DNA of 64,000 nucleotides from Candidatus Coprovivens sp. (GCA_051892935.1 JBJFGS010000010.1:1-64000); one strand, 5' to 3'; shown: positions 9,996-20,293, counted from the stretch's first letter. Made by a program: numbers and translations. Notes: generated by a model from the letters alone, not told the origin.

Positions 9996-10721
9996 TTACT
10001 TCACACTTTCTATCATGATAGGACTAAAGTTATCTTCTTGTGTTAATGTTATTTCGTTGTTTTTGGTCATTTCTAATATTGAAAGAAATGTTACTACAAC
10101 ATTTTCTTTTGTAACTTCAGTAAAAAGTTCAATAAAATTAACTCTTTTCCTTACATTTAAAATATTTCTAATATCCTTTATTTTGTCTTCAACACTTAGT
10201 TCTTTTTTGGTTATTTTAGTATTTAAAGGTTTGGCTAATTTCTGCCTTTCTATAAATAGCTTATATGCATTAAATAAATCACTTATATCAAATTCGCCTT
10301 TTTGGATTCCAGTTTCTTCTATATATTCTTTTAGTGATTCTGGTAATTTAGTATATACTTCTCCTCTTTTTTCTTCTAATTCATGAAAACTTTGTGTCAA
10401 TAGTTTATATTTTTCATATTCGAGTAGTTTGTTTCTCAGATCTTCTTCTGATGTAAAAGAAAACTCATCTTCTTGAGATGATTCTTCATCTTTACGATTA
10501 ACTAATAACTTACTTTTTAAATGAATTAGTTCTGAGGCCATTACAAGATATTCACTAGCTATATCAATGTTTTTTTCTTCAAGACTATGAATAAAATCTA
10601 AGTATTGATTTATAATATCACAAATGTTTATTTCATAAATGTCCATTTTTGATTCTTTTACTAAGTGTAATAATAAATCTAATGGTCCTTCAAAATCTGT
10701 GGTGCAAAAGTTGTAAGTCAT
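9996..10721 (-). CDS. scpA: Segregation/condensation protein A (kleisin)
   Basis: FEGPLDLLLHL, ASEYLVMASELIHLKSKLL, VVTFLSILEM. Confidence 0.97.
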   Translation of the reverse strand: MTYNFCTTDFEGPLDLLLHLVKESKMDIYEINICDIINQYLDFIHSLEEKNIDIASEYLVMASELIHLKSKLLVNRKDEESSQEDEFSFTSEEDLRNKLLEYEKYKLLTQSFHELEEKRGEVYTKLPESLKEYIEETGIQKGEFDISDLFNAYKLFIERQKLAKPLNTKITKKELSVEDKIKDIRNILNVRKRVNFIELFTEVTKENVVVTFLSILEMTKNNEITLTQEDNFSPIMIESVK

Positions 10722-10731
10722 AGTTATCCCC

Positions 10732-11835
10732 CTAGCTACATGTATATGCTTGTGATTCTAGTTCAAAAGATATTATATCTTTTGATTCGCCGTATCTAAA
10801 GAAACGGAATGTATTAAGTTCAGCTAATTGAGCTTCAGTTATTTTACTTAGTTCAAATTCATTAATCATTTGAAAATCTACATTTGTTTCTATGAATATT
10901 GAACTGAAGTTTGGTACAGTCTTATATTTTTCAGATAAACTTTGGTATTTAGCTTTACTACTAGCATAATCTTTGTTCTGATTTGAAGTTTCTTTATATA
11001 CATCATATATTTTTACTAATTTATCTTCTTTAAAATAGTATTTAATTGTATTGTTATGGTAAGTACATTTCATTACTTCGTACTCACCTTCTTTTTCAAC
11101 TAAGTTTACTTTTGGATATGAATATGTTGATAATTCTTCTATTTTAAAACGATTTGATTTTTTGAAAGCATTTTCTGTTATATTAAGTGTTATTGTTTGT
11201 GCTCCCATTGCTCCTATAGCTTCGTAAGAATATATTAAACTATGGAATAAGACGTTTTCGTTTTCATCATATAAAACAACATAATATTTTTTATCAAAGC
11301 GATATGTTCGTAAAGCGGTATTTGTAATTGTAAATGAAATATGGTATTCATCGTTTGCACTTGATTTAACAAAGTTTGTAAATTCTAGGTCACCTATTTT
11401 AGCTCTTACTGATGATTTTTCAAAAAAGTAATACTCTCCTTCAGTTTCTTCCCCACTTTGTTGCACTTCATTTAGTGGTATAAAAGTAAAGTCAAAGTGT
11501 TTGCTTACATAAGGCAATAATAATATACATGAGAATAAAATGGCAAAGAAAATGGCTGGTACAACTGGACTAGCTTCTTTTTCTGGCTTGATCTCGTAAA
11601 GTACTTTTTCAGTGCCGTTGTATTGAACTGGTTTTTTTTCTATTTTAGGTTGTTCTATGTTTTGCTCTTTAACTTCAGGTATTTCTTCTTTGCTATTAGG
11701 TATTTCAACTTTTTCTTCAGATGCAGCGCCAAATATTTGACTAAAATCAGCTTGTTGTTCTTTTCCTGGTTTAGGTAATTCTATTTCTTTGATATTTTGT
11801 TTTACTGAATCTGTTGTTTCACCTTTATTATCCAT
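10732..11835 (-). CDS. Hypothetical single-pass membrane protein
   Basis: 367-aa ORF; charged N-terminus, one TM (VVPAIFFAILFSCILLLPYV), large C-terminal region. Confidence 0.75.
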   Translation of the reverse strand: MDNKGETTDSVKQNIKEIELPKPGKEQQADFSQIFGAASEEKVEIPNSKEEIPEVKEQNIEQPKIEKKPVQYNGTEKVLYEIKPEKEASPVVPAIFFAILFSCILLLPYVSKHFDFTFIPLNEVQQSGEETEGEYYFFEKSSVRAKIGDLEFTNFVKSSANDEYHISFTITNTALRTYRFDKKYYVVLYDENENVLFHSLIYSYEAIGAMGAQTITLNITENAFKKSNRFKIEELSTYSYPKVNLVEKEGEYEVMKCTYHNNTIKYYFKEDKLVKIYDVYKETSNQNKDYASSKAKYQSLSEKYKTVPNFSSIFIETNVDFQMINEFELSKITEAQLAELNTFRFFRYGESKDIISFELESQAYTCS

Positions 11836-11901
11836 ATAAATCCCTTCATTCTTTATACTTTATTATATCAAATATATGTTAAATAAAAAAGAGATTATTG
11901 A

Positions 11902-12252
11902 TTAATCTCTTATTTTACCAATGAAAGAAAATATAAATCCAAAAAAGATTGCTCCACTGATACCAGCACTTGTTGTACTTAGAATGTTATTAAACATTCC
12001 TATAAAACCATTTGTATTATATCCTTCTAAGGCTGCTTGATATAAAGCATTGCCAAATGATGTTATTGGAATACTACTTCCTACTAGTGAGTATTCTCTT
12101 ATTAAATCATATAATCCTAAGAAAGAAAGAATTGCTCCTATAATTACAAATATACTAGTTATATGCCCTGGTGTTAGATTAGTGTTATCTAATATTATTT
12201 GTCCTATCATGGAGATTATTCCACATACTATGAATGCGTTTATATATATCAT
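11902..12252 (-). CDS. spoVAE: Stage V sporulation protein AE (SpoVAEb)
   Basis: YINAFIVCGIISMIGQIILDNTNLTPGHI..GSSIPITSFGNAL. Confidence 0.9.
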   Translation of the reverse strand: MIYINAFIVCGIISMIGQIILDNTNLTPGHITSIFVIIGAILSFLGLYDLIREYSLVGSSIPITSFGNALYQAALEGYNTNGFIGMFNNILSTTSAGISGAIFFGFIFSFIGKIRD

Positions 12253-13223
12253 TTTATCACCTCTATACTAATAGCATGAGTTATACCTGGGATAGTTTTT
12301 TTAAGATTTACCATTAAGGGATTATGTAATGATCCTGTTGCTAATAAAAGTATCTTATGATATTTCTTTTCTTTTAATAGTTTTTCAAATAGTACTAAAG
12401 GAATTACTACAGGGCCACTTCCCCCTTGAAATGTTTCTTTTTGATCTTCTTTGTAGATTATACTAGCAGCATCCATGTATGATTTTGGAATAAAATTATA
12501 CTTTTCTTTGATTAGAGTTAGAAATAACTTACTACCAAGTTTTCCTAAATCTCCAGTTACTATAAGATCGTAGTAATCTATTGTTCTATTTAATTCTTTT
12601 AAATGATTGTTTAATGTTTCTGCTGCACTCGGAGCCATTACTGCTCCCATATTTGAAGAATCTTTTATACCATAGTCTATAATTGTTCCTATTGTACTTG
12701 ATTCTAGTTTTATGTTAGTCGGTTCATTTGATAAAAGTGTACATACTGCACCGGTAGTAGTAAAGGTACTATACTTTTTCTTTTGTGAACCATATTCTAC
12801 TGGGAAACGATATTGTCTTTCAGCATTAAGGTTGTGACTTGAAGTAATAGAAAGTCCTTCTTTTATATTATTATTTTCGATAAAGTTTGCTAGTATAATT
12901 AGTGATTCATTAAATGTGGCACATGCATTATATACTCCTAGAAAAGGAATATTTCTATTAGATATATTATATGATGTTATAGCTATTTGATCTATTAAGT
13001 CGCCACCTATTAATAATTCTATTTTATTATTAAGTTTGTTTCTTTTACATATGTTGTTTAAGCAGGTATTTTGCATTTTTATTTCAGCATCTTCTATTTT
13101 TTCTTCATTATAGTAATAATCTTTTATTGTATTAGGAAATTTTATATTTCCTTGAGATTCTTTTGGTCCAACTATTGTTTCATAGTCTTTTATATAGACA
13201 TTGTTATATTTAAAACTAGACAT
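12249..13223 (-). CDS. spoVAD: Stage V sporulation protein AD
   Basis: VGPKESQG, GGDLIDQ, SSHNLNAERQYRFPVEYGSQK, NMGAVMAPSAAET, YYDLIVTGDLG. Confidence 0.95.
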   Translation of the reverse strand: MSSFKYNNVYIKDYETIVGPKESQGNIKFPNTIKDYYYNEEKIEDAEIKMQNTCLNNICKRNKLNNKIELLIGGDLIDQIAITSYNISNRNIPFLGVYNACATFNESLIILANFIENNNIKEGLSITSSHNLNAERQYRFPVEYGSQKKKYSTFTTTGAVCTLLSNEPTNIKLESSTIGTIIDYGIKDSSNMGAVMAPSAAETLNNHLKELNRTIDYYDLIVTGDLGKLGSKLFLTLIKEKYNFIPKSYMDAASIIYKEDQKETFQGGSGPVVIPLVLFEKLLKEKKYHKILLLATGSLHNPLMVNLKKTIPGITHAISIEVIK

Positions 13224-13644
13224 TTAATAGAACCTTTATAATTGTTAAGATGATAGCAGTTACTATGCCATATAGTATAACTGATCCTGCTAGTTTAAAG
13301 GTGTTGGAACCAATGTTTATAAATCCTTCTTTTTTATAATCTACGATGCATGAAGAAATGGAATGAGCGAATCCTGTTATTGGGATTATTAAACCACATT
13401 TAAAGATTGTGAATAGAGTGTCTGCTTTACCTAATGCTGTTATAAAAGATGTTACTATTATAAGTATTAATAACATAAAAGAAATAGATAGTTCTTCATT
13501 ATAAGTATTATTTAATTGATTAAATAGAAGTGTACCTATTAATCCAATAGTTCCACCACTTATAAATGATATGAACATATTATAGAGTCTATTTTCTTTT
13601 GGTGTTATTTGTTCTACTAATTCTTTGTATTTTTTGTTATTCAT
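13216..13644 (-). CDS. spoVAC: Stage V sporulation protein AC
   Basis: SFISGGTIGLIG, GLIIPITGFAHSI, FKLAGSVILYGI. Confidence 0.92.
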   Translation of the reverse strand: MNNKKYKELVEQITPKENRLYNMFISFISGGTIGLIGTLLFNQLNNTYNEELSISFMLLILIIVTSFITALGKADTLFTIFKCGLIIPITGFAHSISSCIVDYKKEGFINIGSNTFKLAGSVILYGIVTAIILTIIKVLLNV

Positions 13645-13668
13645 ATTTAACCTCCAATATTATGATGG

Positions 13669-14313
13669 CTAAATACTTAGATAATTATACATTTTTGATA
13701 AGCTTTTTTTCTCATATCGTGATACTGTTACTTGAGACATTCCTAAGATACGAGCTGTTTCTGATTGGGTATAGTCTTTGAAGTATCGATAGTTTATGAT
13801 ATCTTGTTCTTCTTTAGTAAGAGTCTTTATTGAGTCTTTAAGATCTATTGATGAAGGGTTTATTGAATCTTTTAGAGAAGGTATTGTTTCGTATATTGGT
13901 CTTTCTGTTTCTGTATCTAAGCTCATAATAGATGAAGTTGCTGTTTCGATTTCACTAATAAGTGTCTCTTCAATTCCTAGAAAGGAAGATATTTCAGTGG
14001 TACTAGGATAATAGCCTAATTTTTGAGCTAATAAATATTTTGCTTGTTCAATTTTTTTATATAATTTTAAGATATTTTTATTTAGTTTTATGCTTCGCAT
14101 ATTGTTAGCAAAATCGTACATTTCACCAAATATATAGTTATAAGCATAGGTAGTAAATTTGGTCGTTTCTGAATAATTATAGTTGTTATATGCTTTTATT
14201 AAACCTATTATTCCTGATTGAAATAAATCTTCTTTATCTATATCATGGAATTTAGATGCTATTTTATATATTAGTTTTTTATGTAATTCAATGATAGTAT
14301 CTAATTCTGTCAT
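13669..14313 (-). CDS. sigF: Sporulation sigma factor of the SigF/SigG family, most like SigF
   Basis: EDLFQSGIIGLIKA, KFTTYAY, RYFKDYTQSETARILGMSQVTVSRYEKK; position directly upstream of spoVAC matches sigF synteny. Confidence 0.75.
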   Translation of the reverse strand: MTELDTIIELHKKLIYKIASKFHDIDKEDLFQSGIIGLIKAYNNYNYSETTKFTTYAYNYIFGEMYDFANNMRSIKLNKNILKLYKKIEQAKYLLAQKLGYYPSTTEISSFLGIEETLISEIETATSSIMSLDTETERPIYETIPSLKDSINPSSIDLKDSIKTLTKEEQDIINYRYFKDYTQSETARILGMSQVTVSRYEKKSLSKMYNYLSI

Positions 14314-14366
14314 TTTTATCACCTGTTATATTGAATATAGGTCTTGAATGACTATTTTTAAACAGT

Positions 14367-14373
14367 TTCGACA
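14367..14373 (-). promoter_or_regulatory. Candidate Spo0A box (TGTCGAA)
   Basis: Exact 0A-box consensus in the short intergenic region upstream of the sigF-like gene. Confidence 0.55.
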
Positions 14374-14404
14374 AAGATAGTAATAATTAGAGTGTATAAA
14401 AAGA

Positions 14405-14431
14405 AAAAATACTGTAAAATTACAGTATTTT
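14405..14431 (-). terminator. Intrinsic terminator of the upstream gene
   Basis: AAAATACTGTAA-AA-TTACAGTATTTT inverted repeat. Confidence 0.65.
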
Positions 14432-15812
14432 ATTCGTCTATATCTATTGTATATGGATTATCTATTGTACCTGCACCACTTACAGTTGTAGTTGAAGATA
14501 TATTAATTACAGGTCTGATACCATAAGTGTTTGTTGTTGGAGCAGTACTAATTGCTCCTGTATTTGTTACGATAAATAAGTTTGCTGTATAGTTATAATA
14601 ATCAGCACCTGTTATTGTAAAGAATGTTTCTCCGTTATATAGATAGTAGTTATAGTTGTTTGTGTTATATACACCTCCAGCTATTGCTACTTCATCGGCT
14701 GTTATTAGGCCTATTTTTTGTTTGTATATTCCACCAAAGTCTGCATTAGTAGTTGGACAAGTTATTGTTGGTCTTTTATCAGTTATAAGTCTTGTATAAC
14801 CATTAAAATATGTATGATAACTATTTACAAAGTTACTTGAATCATTACAGAATGATGAAGCTACTACATATTTATCTAGGTCTCTATCTATTATATTTGT
14901 TTTATACCATTGTTCTAGAAAATCATTAACATTATTGTTTATTACTTCATCATTGTATATATATTTTAAACCAGTGTAATCAATAGCATTTGTTTTATCG
15001 CTATAGTTCATTGATATAGCTGATTTTTCTAATATTATTTTTATAGAGTTATCAGGATTTATTCCTACTATACGCCATATATAGTTGCCAAATTTAATAT
15101 AGTTGTTGTTTACTATTCCACGATAATAATAACTATTTCCGTCTTCTGATTTAATTTGGTATAAGCCTTCTGTAGTATATGAAGATGTACTATAATCAAT
15201 AGAATCAGTTACTACTTTTGTATTGTTAAGTAAGACTTCACTAAATGATGCTTTTATTGTAGAAGCGGTATCTATTAGTTCAAATTGAGCTTTAAAAATA
15301 TCTTCTTTGTTTAATTCAGGAGATTTTTTTTCATCAAACCATAGTTTTATATTTGTTCTAATAGTTTCGTTTGGCTTGATTGTAATTTTACCAATTAACT
15401 TACTAATTTTAACGTTTTTATCTTTGGTTTTAGCGTTAGGTAAATTTTTATAAAGAATTGTATCTTGTTCTATATTACCGGCAGTTTCAATAGTTAGGGC
15501 TGTTGTATCAAATGTTGTTTCTGATAATACGTTTAAACGAATTTGTAATTCTTTTGTTTCTTCACATATATTTGTAATTGTTAATGTATAAGGACTAGTT
15601 TCTTTTCCTTCGTCATTAACAACAGGATTTATATTTTTTAATTCTATAATATCACTATGAGAAAAATAAGCTTTAAAGCAATCTAGTGTTGTGGCATTTC
15701 TCTCATTTTTTACAGATGTTGAGAGGTATAGACCATAACCTGTACCAATAGTTAATGTTAAAGCAAAAAGAATTCCTATTACTATTAGTGAAAGTATATA
15801 TTTTTTCTTCAT
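14430..15812 (-). CDS. Secreted or membrane-anchored protein with DUF6273-like C-terminal domain
   Basis: N-terminal hydrophobic anchor; YYYRG..NNYIKFGNYIWRIVGIN, IGLITADEV..AGG, GIRPVINI..GAGTIDNPY motifs. Confidence 0.7.
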   Translation of the reverse strand: MKKKYILSLIVIGILFALTLTIGTGYGLYLSTSVKNERNATTLDCFKAYFSHSDIIELKNINPVVNDEGKETSPYTLTITNICEETKELQIRLNVLSETTFDTTALTIETAGNIEQDTILYKNLPNAKTKDKNVKISKLIGKITIKPNETIRTNIKLWFDEKKSPELNKEDIFKAQFELIDTASTIKASFSEVLLNNTKVVTDSIDYSTSSYTTEGLYQIKSEDGNSYYYRGIVNNNYIKFGNYIWRIVGINPDNSIKIILEKSAISMNYSDKTNAIDYTGLKYIYNDEVINNNVNDFLEQWYKTNIIDRDLDKYVVASSFCNDSSNFVNSYHTYFNGYTRLITDKRPTITCPTTNADFGGIYKQKIGLITADEVAIAGGVYNTNNYNYYLYNGETFFTITGADYYNYTANLFIVTNTGAISTAPTTNTYGIRPVINISSTTTVSGAGTIDNPYTIDIDE

Positions 15813-15918
15813 CTTTATCACTCTCTATTCTATTATATATATTAAATATATAATATTTGTTTTTGATAGTCAATAATTGAAAGATTATTACATTAAAAAA
15901 TAGTCTTTTCAGACTACT

Positions 15919-16773
15919 TTATGATAATGTTTTTGTCATACTTATCATTTTTAATAATTCATTCATTGTTGTTGTATCTTGAGCGGTTTTAATGTTTGTG
16001 TTTGTAATTGTTATGATGAAACATTCTGTTGAACTAGCTTGTGTAATAATTAGCATTGATGGTTGATTATCTTGCATTAGTTCTAATACCAAGCAGTCTT
16101 TTCCTTCAATAATTTGATCATACATGTTTGTTACTGTTATTCCACGATTTGTATATGTTGATTTTAATGATTCTTTTTGATTACGATATCCTTCTATCGT
16201 TGCTCTATTAATACCAATCCATCCAGTTCCACCTGTTTTTAAATTTAGTAATGATATACCTCCTGATTGTTCAATTACTGTAGCAACGTAGTCTTCATCT
16301 ACGAAGAAAACGTAATTTTGACTTACTTTGGGATATGTTCCTTCAGGTATTTCAAAGTTATATTTTTCTTCTTCGGCACTTATAACTACTTGATTAGAAT
16401 TGTTTGTATTATCTTGAATCTTATAATTTGATTCTACAGCTGATGTAGAATTTAATTTTATTTTTTTCCTTAACGATACATTATCTGCTGCTAAATATAT
16501 AGATAATACTAGAAGTAAAATAATTACAGCTATACTAATTGGCTTATAATGTTTTTTTAAGTTTTCTAATATTTTATTTGCTTTTTTGGAAGATTTAATT
16601 GGAGCTGTTTGTTGGACTTGTTGAAATTGTACTTGTTGAACAGGTTGTTGAGCTTGTTGGACTTGTTCTGTTTGGCTGTTATTAACATAGGCTATTTCAA
16701 CAGTTGCACCACATTTTTGACAGCTTTGTTCTGCATCAGCTACTAAATTTCCGCATTTTTGACATATTTTCAT
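15919..16773 (-). CDS. Zinc-ribbon membrane protein
   Basis: CQKCG..CQKCG N-terminus, Gln-rich linker, one TM. Confidence 0.8.
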   Translation of the reverse strand: MKICQKCGNLVADAEQSCQKCGATVEIAYVNNSQTEQVQQAQQPVQQVQFQQVQQTAPIKSSKKANKILENLKKHYKPISIAVIILLLVLSIYLAADNVSLRKKIKLNSTSAVESNYKIQDNTNNSNQVVISAEEEKYNFEIPEGTYPKVSQNYVFFVDEDYVATVIEQSGGISLLNLKTGGTGWIGINRATIEGYRNQKESLKSTYTNRGITVTNMYDQIIEGKDCLVLELMQDNQPSMLIITQASSTECFIITITNTNIKTAQDTTTMNELLKMISMTKTLS

Positions 16774-16785
16774 ATTTTCACCTCA

Positions 16786-17418
16786 TTATTTTTTAGGATT
16801 AATACCTAACATTTTTATGTCTTTAATAATATACTTAACAGTATTAGTAATGAATATTTCAATATCATTTGTGTCAAATAAGAATGTTTTTTCTTCTTTA
16901 CTTTCTTCAATTATTATTCCCATTTTATCGATTAAGATATTTAATTTGTCTACGGGAATTTCTGTTATCTTACTAGTTGGTAAATCCCATTCATTACTGA
17001 ATATATCTAATGGTAGCATGTATTTATCTATAAGACTGATATTTATGTTTGTATAATCATTATATATCAAATCTCTTAATGCTGTATAGGTTATTTTTTT
17101 CTTTGAATTATTTTTAGTATATCTTTCTATGTAATTATAAACATAATCTCTAAACCAGTATTTATCACTAAGTAAGTGAATAAAGTATCCCATTTCAAAT
17201 GGTTTGTCTAATTCTGTTCGATATTTTTGGAGAAATCGATCAATATTTGGAATATCATCTTCATTGGTATGATCTAAGAAATGAGATATTTCTTTAGTTT
17301 CTCCTATTTGTTTGGAAATGTCTGGAGCTATTGAACCTAGTAGTAATTCATTTAGATTCATATTTAAATATTTATTCACTTCTTTAGCTATGCATAAATG
17401 TATAACAGCTGATGCCAT
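16786..17418 (-). CDS. Zinc-dependent phospholipase C-like hydrolase
   Basis: MASAVIH, LLGSIAPD, ISHF and MGYFIHLLSDKYW motifs. Confidence 0.75.
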   Translation of the reverse strand: MASAVIHLCIAKEVNKYLNMNLNELLLGSIAPDISKQIGETKEISHFLDHTNEDDIPNIDRFLQKYRTELDKPFEMGYFIHLLSDKYWFRDYVYNYIERYTKNNSKKKITYTALRDLIYNDYTNINISLIDKYMLPLDIFSNEWDLPTSKITEIPVDKLNILIDKMGIIIEESKEEKTFLFDTNDIEIFITNTVKYIIKDIKMLGINPKK

Positions 17419-17463
17419 ACTATCACCTATTTTAATTATAACATAGTATATTGTATTTATTTT

Positions 17464-18282
17464 CTAATTTTTTTGTTTTTTTAAAATAAAATTGTCAATA
17501 AATTTATATTTGTCTCTATTTAGGACATATAAATAACCAAATATACTAAAGCAAATTGCTCCAATGAAGTTTACCATTAAATCTTTCATTGTATCTATAA
17601 GACCAATATCTAGGTATCCTCCTTCGATTTTTTGTTCTACTATTTTACCATTTTTGTCTTTAGAATATACAATTGTATATTCTATGTCATCAATAACAAT
17701 AGGAACGTTTTCACCTTCTGGATTAAGTTTTACTGAGCGTATTGTGCTTACGATACGATCTTTTTGCATATCCGTTCTTATAAGATTATCTGCGCCATAT
17801 TCAAAAAACTCCCAGAGAACGCCAATTGTCATAGAAAAGCAGAAAGAAAGTATTGCCAAAAATAATGGAGAAAGTTGAATACTTTTCATATTGTTATTAA
17901 GTAAGTCAAAAATTGAAAAGCCAACTCCCGCTGCTAGGAATCCGTTTAAAGTATGGAGTATGGTATCCCAATAAGGAATAGCTCCATAAAAATTATTTAT
18001 TTCTCCTAGTATTTCAGCTGAGAAAATAAATAACATTATTATTATTTCTAGAGTATTTGGTAAATCTATTTTAAATTTTCTTTCTATAAAGAAAGGCATT
18101 ATTAATAAAACTAATGATAATAAACATAAAAAGGCATTATTCAAGTCACCTCTTAAGAATTCTAGTATCATACAAATTATTACTAAAATACGTAATGTAA
18201 AGTATACAACAATGGAGCTTCTTCCATTTGTCTGTTGTTCTTTTTTTAATTCTTCATGAAATTTTTTCATTTTGTTATTCAT
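17464..18282 (-). CDS. Integral membrane protein (DUF2238/YjdF-like)
   Basis: LGEINNFY..WDTILHTLNG, IGVLWEFFEY and GLIDTMKDLMVNFIGA motifs; multiple TMs. Confidence 0.75.
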   Translation of the reverse strand: MNNKMKKFHEELKKEQQTNGRSSIVVYFTLRILVIICMILEFLRGDLNNAFLCLLSLVLLIMPFFIERKFKIDLPNTLEIIIMLFIFSAEILGEINNFYGAIPYWDTILHTLNGFLAAGVGFSIFDLLNNNMKSIQLSPLFLAILSFCFSMTIGVLWEFFEYGADNLIRTDMQKDRIVSTIRSVKLNPEGENVPIVIDDIEYTIVYSKDKNGKIVEQKIEGGYLDIGLIDTMKDLMVNFIGAICFSIFGYLYVLNRDKYKFIDNFILKKQKN

Positions 18283-18364
18283 TTTTACCACACATCTTTT
18301 CTAATACTTTATATCTATTATTATATTATATGTAAAAGAAAAAAAGAATTATTTTTTATAATTC

Positions 18365-20293
18365 TTAATTATTTTCTATAAAATTTTTAATATACGAACT
18401 TATTGCTATATTACTATTTTCTTTCTTTGGTTGGTTTTGACATATATTAGAAATATAGAGTATAGATTTTTTAAATTCTTGAATTAGTGATTCTTTCTTT
18501 TCTTCATTTGTCATATATATATTTAAAGTTGAACTTATTAATGGAATATACTGGTTAATTAGATCTTTTATTATCTCAAAGTTTATATTATTATATTCGG
18601 CTAGTTCAGGACTTGGCATCTTGGCTTTTGTAAAGGATACATCTTTTAGAGAAATAAAGTTACTAATAATTTCATGGGCTTTAGTATCATTTATTATTTC
18701 AATTACTATTTTAGATAAAATACGATAATATGCTACTTCACATATAATGTTGAAATAGTCATTATATGATTTTATACATTTATTTTCTTCATCCATTATT
18801 CCACTATGAGAAATACCATATAAAGAGTTGTTGTAACGACCAGATGAATATATTGGTTCTTTGAAATATTTTTGATATTGACTATTATTTTTGATAATCT
18901 CTTCTATTATAGTTGTTTTTTCTATTATATCTTTTAAATTAGCAAATAGAATTGCTCCTTCTTTATTGTCTTTGTTATCACCTAGAGCTTTCATGTCGTA
19001 ATTAAGATTGTTTTCAATGCATTTTGTAATGTATTCAGTTAAAATTGAAAATAGAATTGATTCTTGAACATTTAAATATATTCTAATAGTATATGGTTCG
19101 TTATCGTTACGAAATAAAGAATTCTTTCCAACACCAATGTGTTCTTTTTTTAAATCCATTGTTTCATTTATTGATTGTTCAATAAATAAATATAAGTTTT
19201 CGCTTAGTTTCATCTTTTTACAAATATAGTGAGATGATTCGTATTTAGATATTAGTTCTATTATTTCTAATATTTCTTCTTTAGTTAGTGTTTCTAATCT
19301 TGATAAGTCTTCTTCTGATATTAGATTTAGATATTTTTCGTTTAAGTCATCAAATGCATAGTTATTAAATTTATCTAAAAAAATACTATATACTTTATAT
19401 GCTAATCCGGATAATAATTCATTATAGTTTAAATCTTGTTCTTTATTAGATGGTTCTATTGATAGTGTTATTTCTCTAATATCAAAGTATCCATTATGGT
19501 AGCGTTGTTCTAATAGTTTACTAAGAACTTGGCTATTATCTAAAGGATTTGTTAAATTATTAAATAGGTTTTTGATAGTATGTTCTTGTCTAGAAGTTGT
19601 TTCTTCTTTAGAGGTTGTTAAGATGTTACGAAGATTGATATCATATATTTCTGATAAGTATAATAATACTTTTAAATATCTTGTCTTATCATAATCAGTT
19701 AACTTATTTTTCTTTTCTAAGTAGTCTTGAATGATGTTTTCTATTGAATCATTTTCTATATCATATCCGATATTTTCTGCAAGTAGTTTTATCTCTTCAA
19801 CATACATAATAGCTTCTTTTTGTATTTCCTTGAAATCTAGATTATTTGATGATGCTATTTCTTTTAATTCGTTGAATTCATCTACGTTGTTATTTGGACT
19901 TATATTATAACGACAAAATTTATAGAATATTTCTTTTCTAACATTTGATGATGGATCTTTTTTCTTGTATGTTACATATCTTTCTAATTCTTCACGAAGG
20001 TTTATTTCATGTATTTCAGATAATGTCATTAGTAGTTTTAGATAATTACTTTTTTCATCGTCTTCCATAGTATCTTTTTTGTTTATATATTCTTCTAACA
20101 AGTCACAAAAGGATTCAAAATCAGCATTATATCCTAGTTTAGCAGTTTTTTCTTTTAATTTGGTTGTTAGTTTTATTGCACTTTCATTTATTTCATCAAA
20201 TTTATCTTGTAACTTTTCTTTTATTAAATCTATATCTTCTTCTTTTTGTTCTGTAATATAAAAATGACATAATTTACGAAATTCACTATTCAT
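18365..20293 (-). CDS. Hypothetical cytoplasmic protein with a duplicated N-terminal domain
   Basis: 642-aa ORF with AGGTGA RBS; internal repeat YLKLLMTLSEIHEINLR / YLKVLLYLSEIYDINLR. Confidence 0.8.
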   Translation of the reverse strand: MNSEFRKLCHFYITEQKEEDIDLIKEKLQDKFDEINESAIKLTTKLKEKTAKLGYNADFESFCDLLEEYINKKDTMEDDEKSNYLKLLMTLSEIHEINLREELERYVTYKKKDPSSNVRKEIFYKFCRYNISPNNNVDEFNELKEIASSNNLDFKEIQKEAIMYVEEIKLLAENIGYDIENDSIENIIQDYLEKKNKLTDYDKTRYLKVLLYLSEIYDINLRNILTTSKEETTSRQEHTIKNLFNNLTNPLDNSQVLSKLLEQRYHNGYFDIREITLSIEPSNKEQDLNYNELLSGLAYKVYSIFLDKFNNYAFDDLNEKYLNLISEEDLSRLETLTKEEILEIIELISKYESSHYICKKMKLSENLYLFIEQSINETMDLKKEHIGVGKNSLFRNDNEPYTIRIYLNVQESILFSILTEYITKCIENNLNYDMKALGDNKDNKEGAILFANLKDIIEKTTIIEEIIKNNSQYQKYFKEPIYSSGRYNNSLYGISHSGIMDEENKCIKSYNDYFNIICEVAYYRILSKIVIEIINDTKAHEIISNFISLKDVSFTKAKMPSPELAEYNNINFEIIKDLINQYIPLISSTLNIYMTNEEKKESLIQEFKKSILYISNICQNQPKKENSNIAISSYIKNFIENN

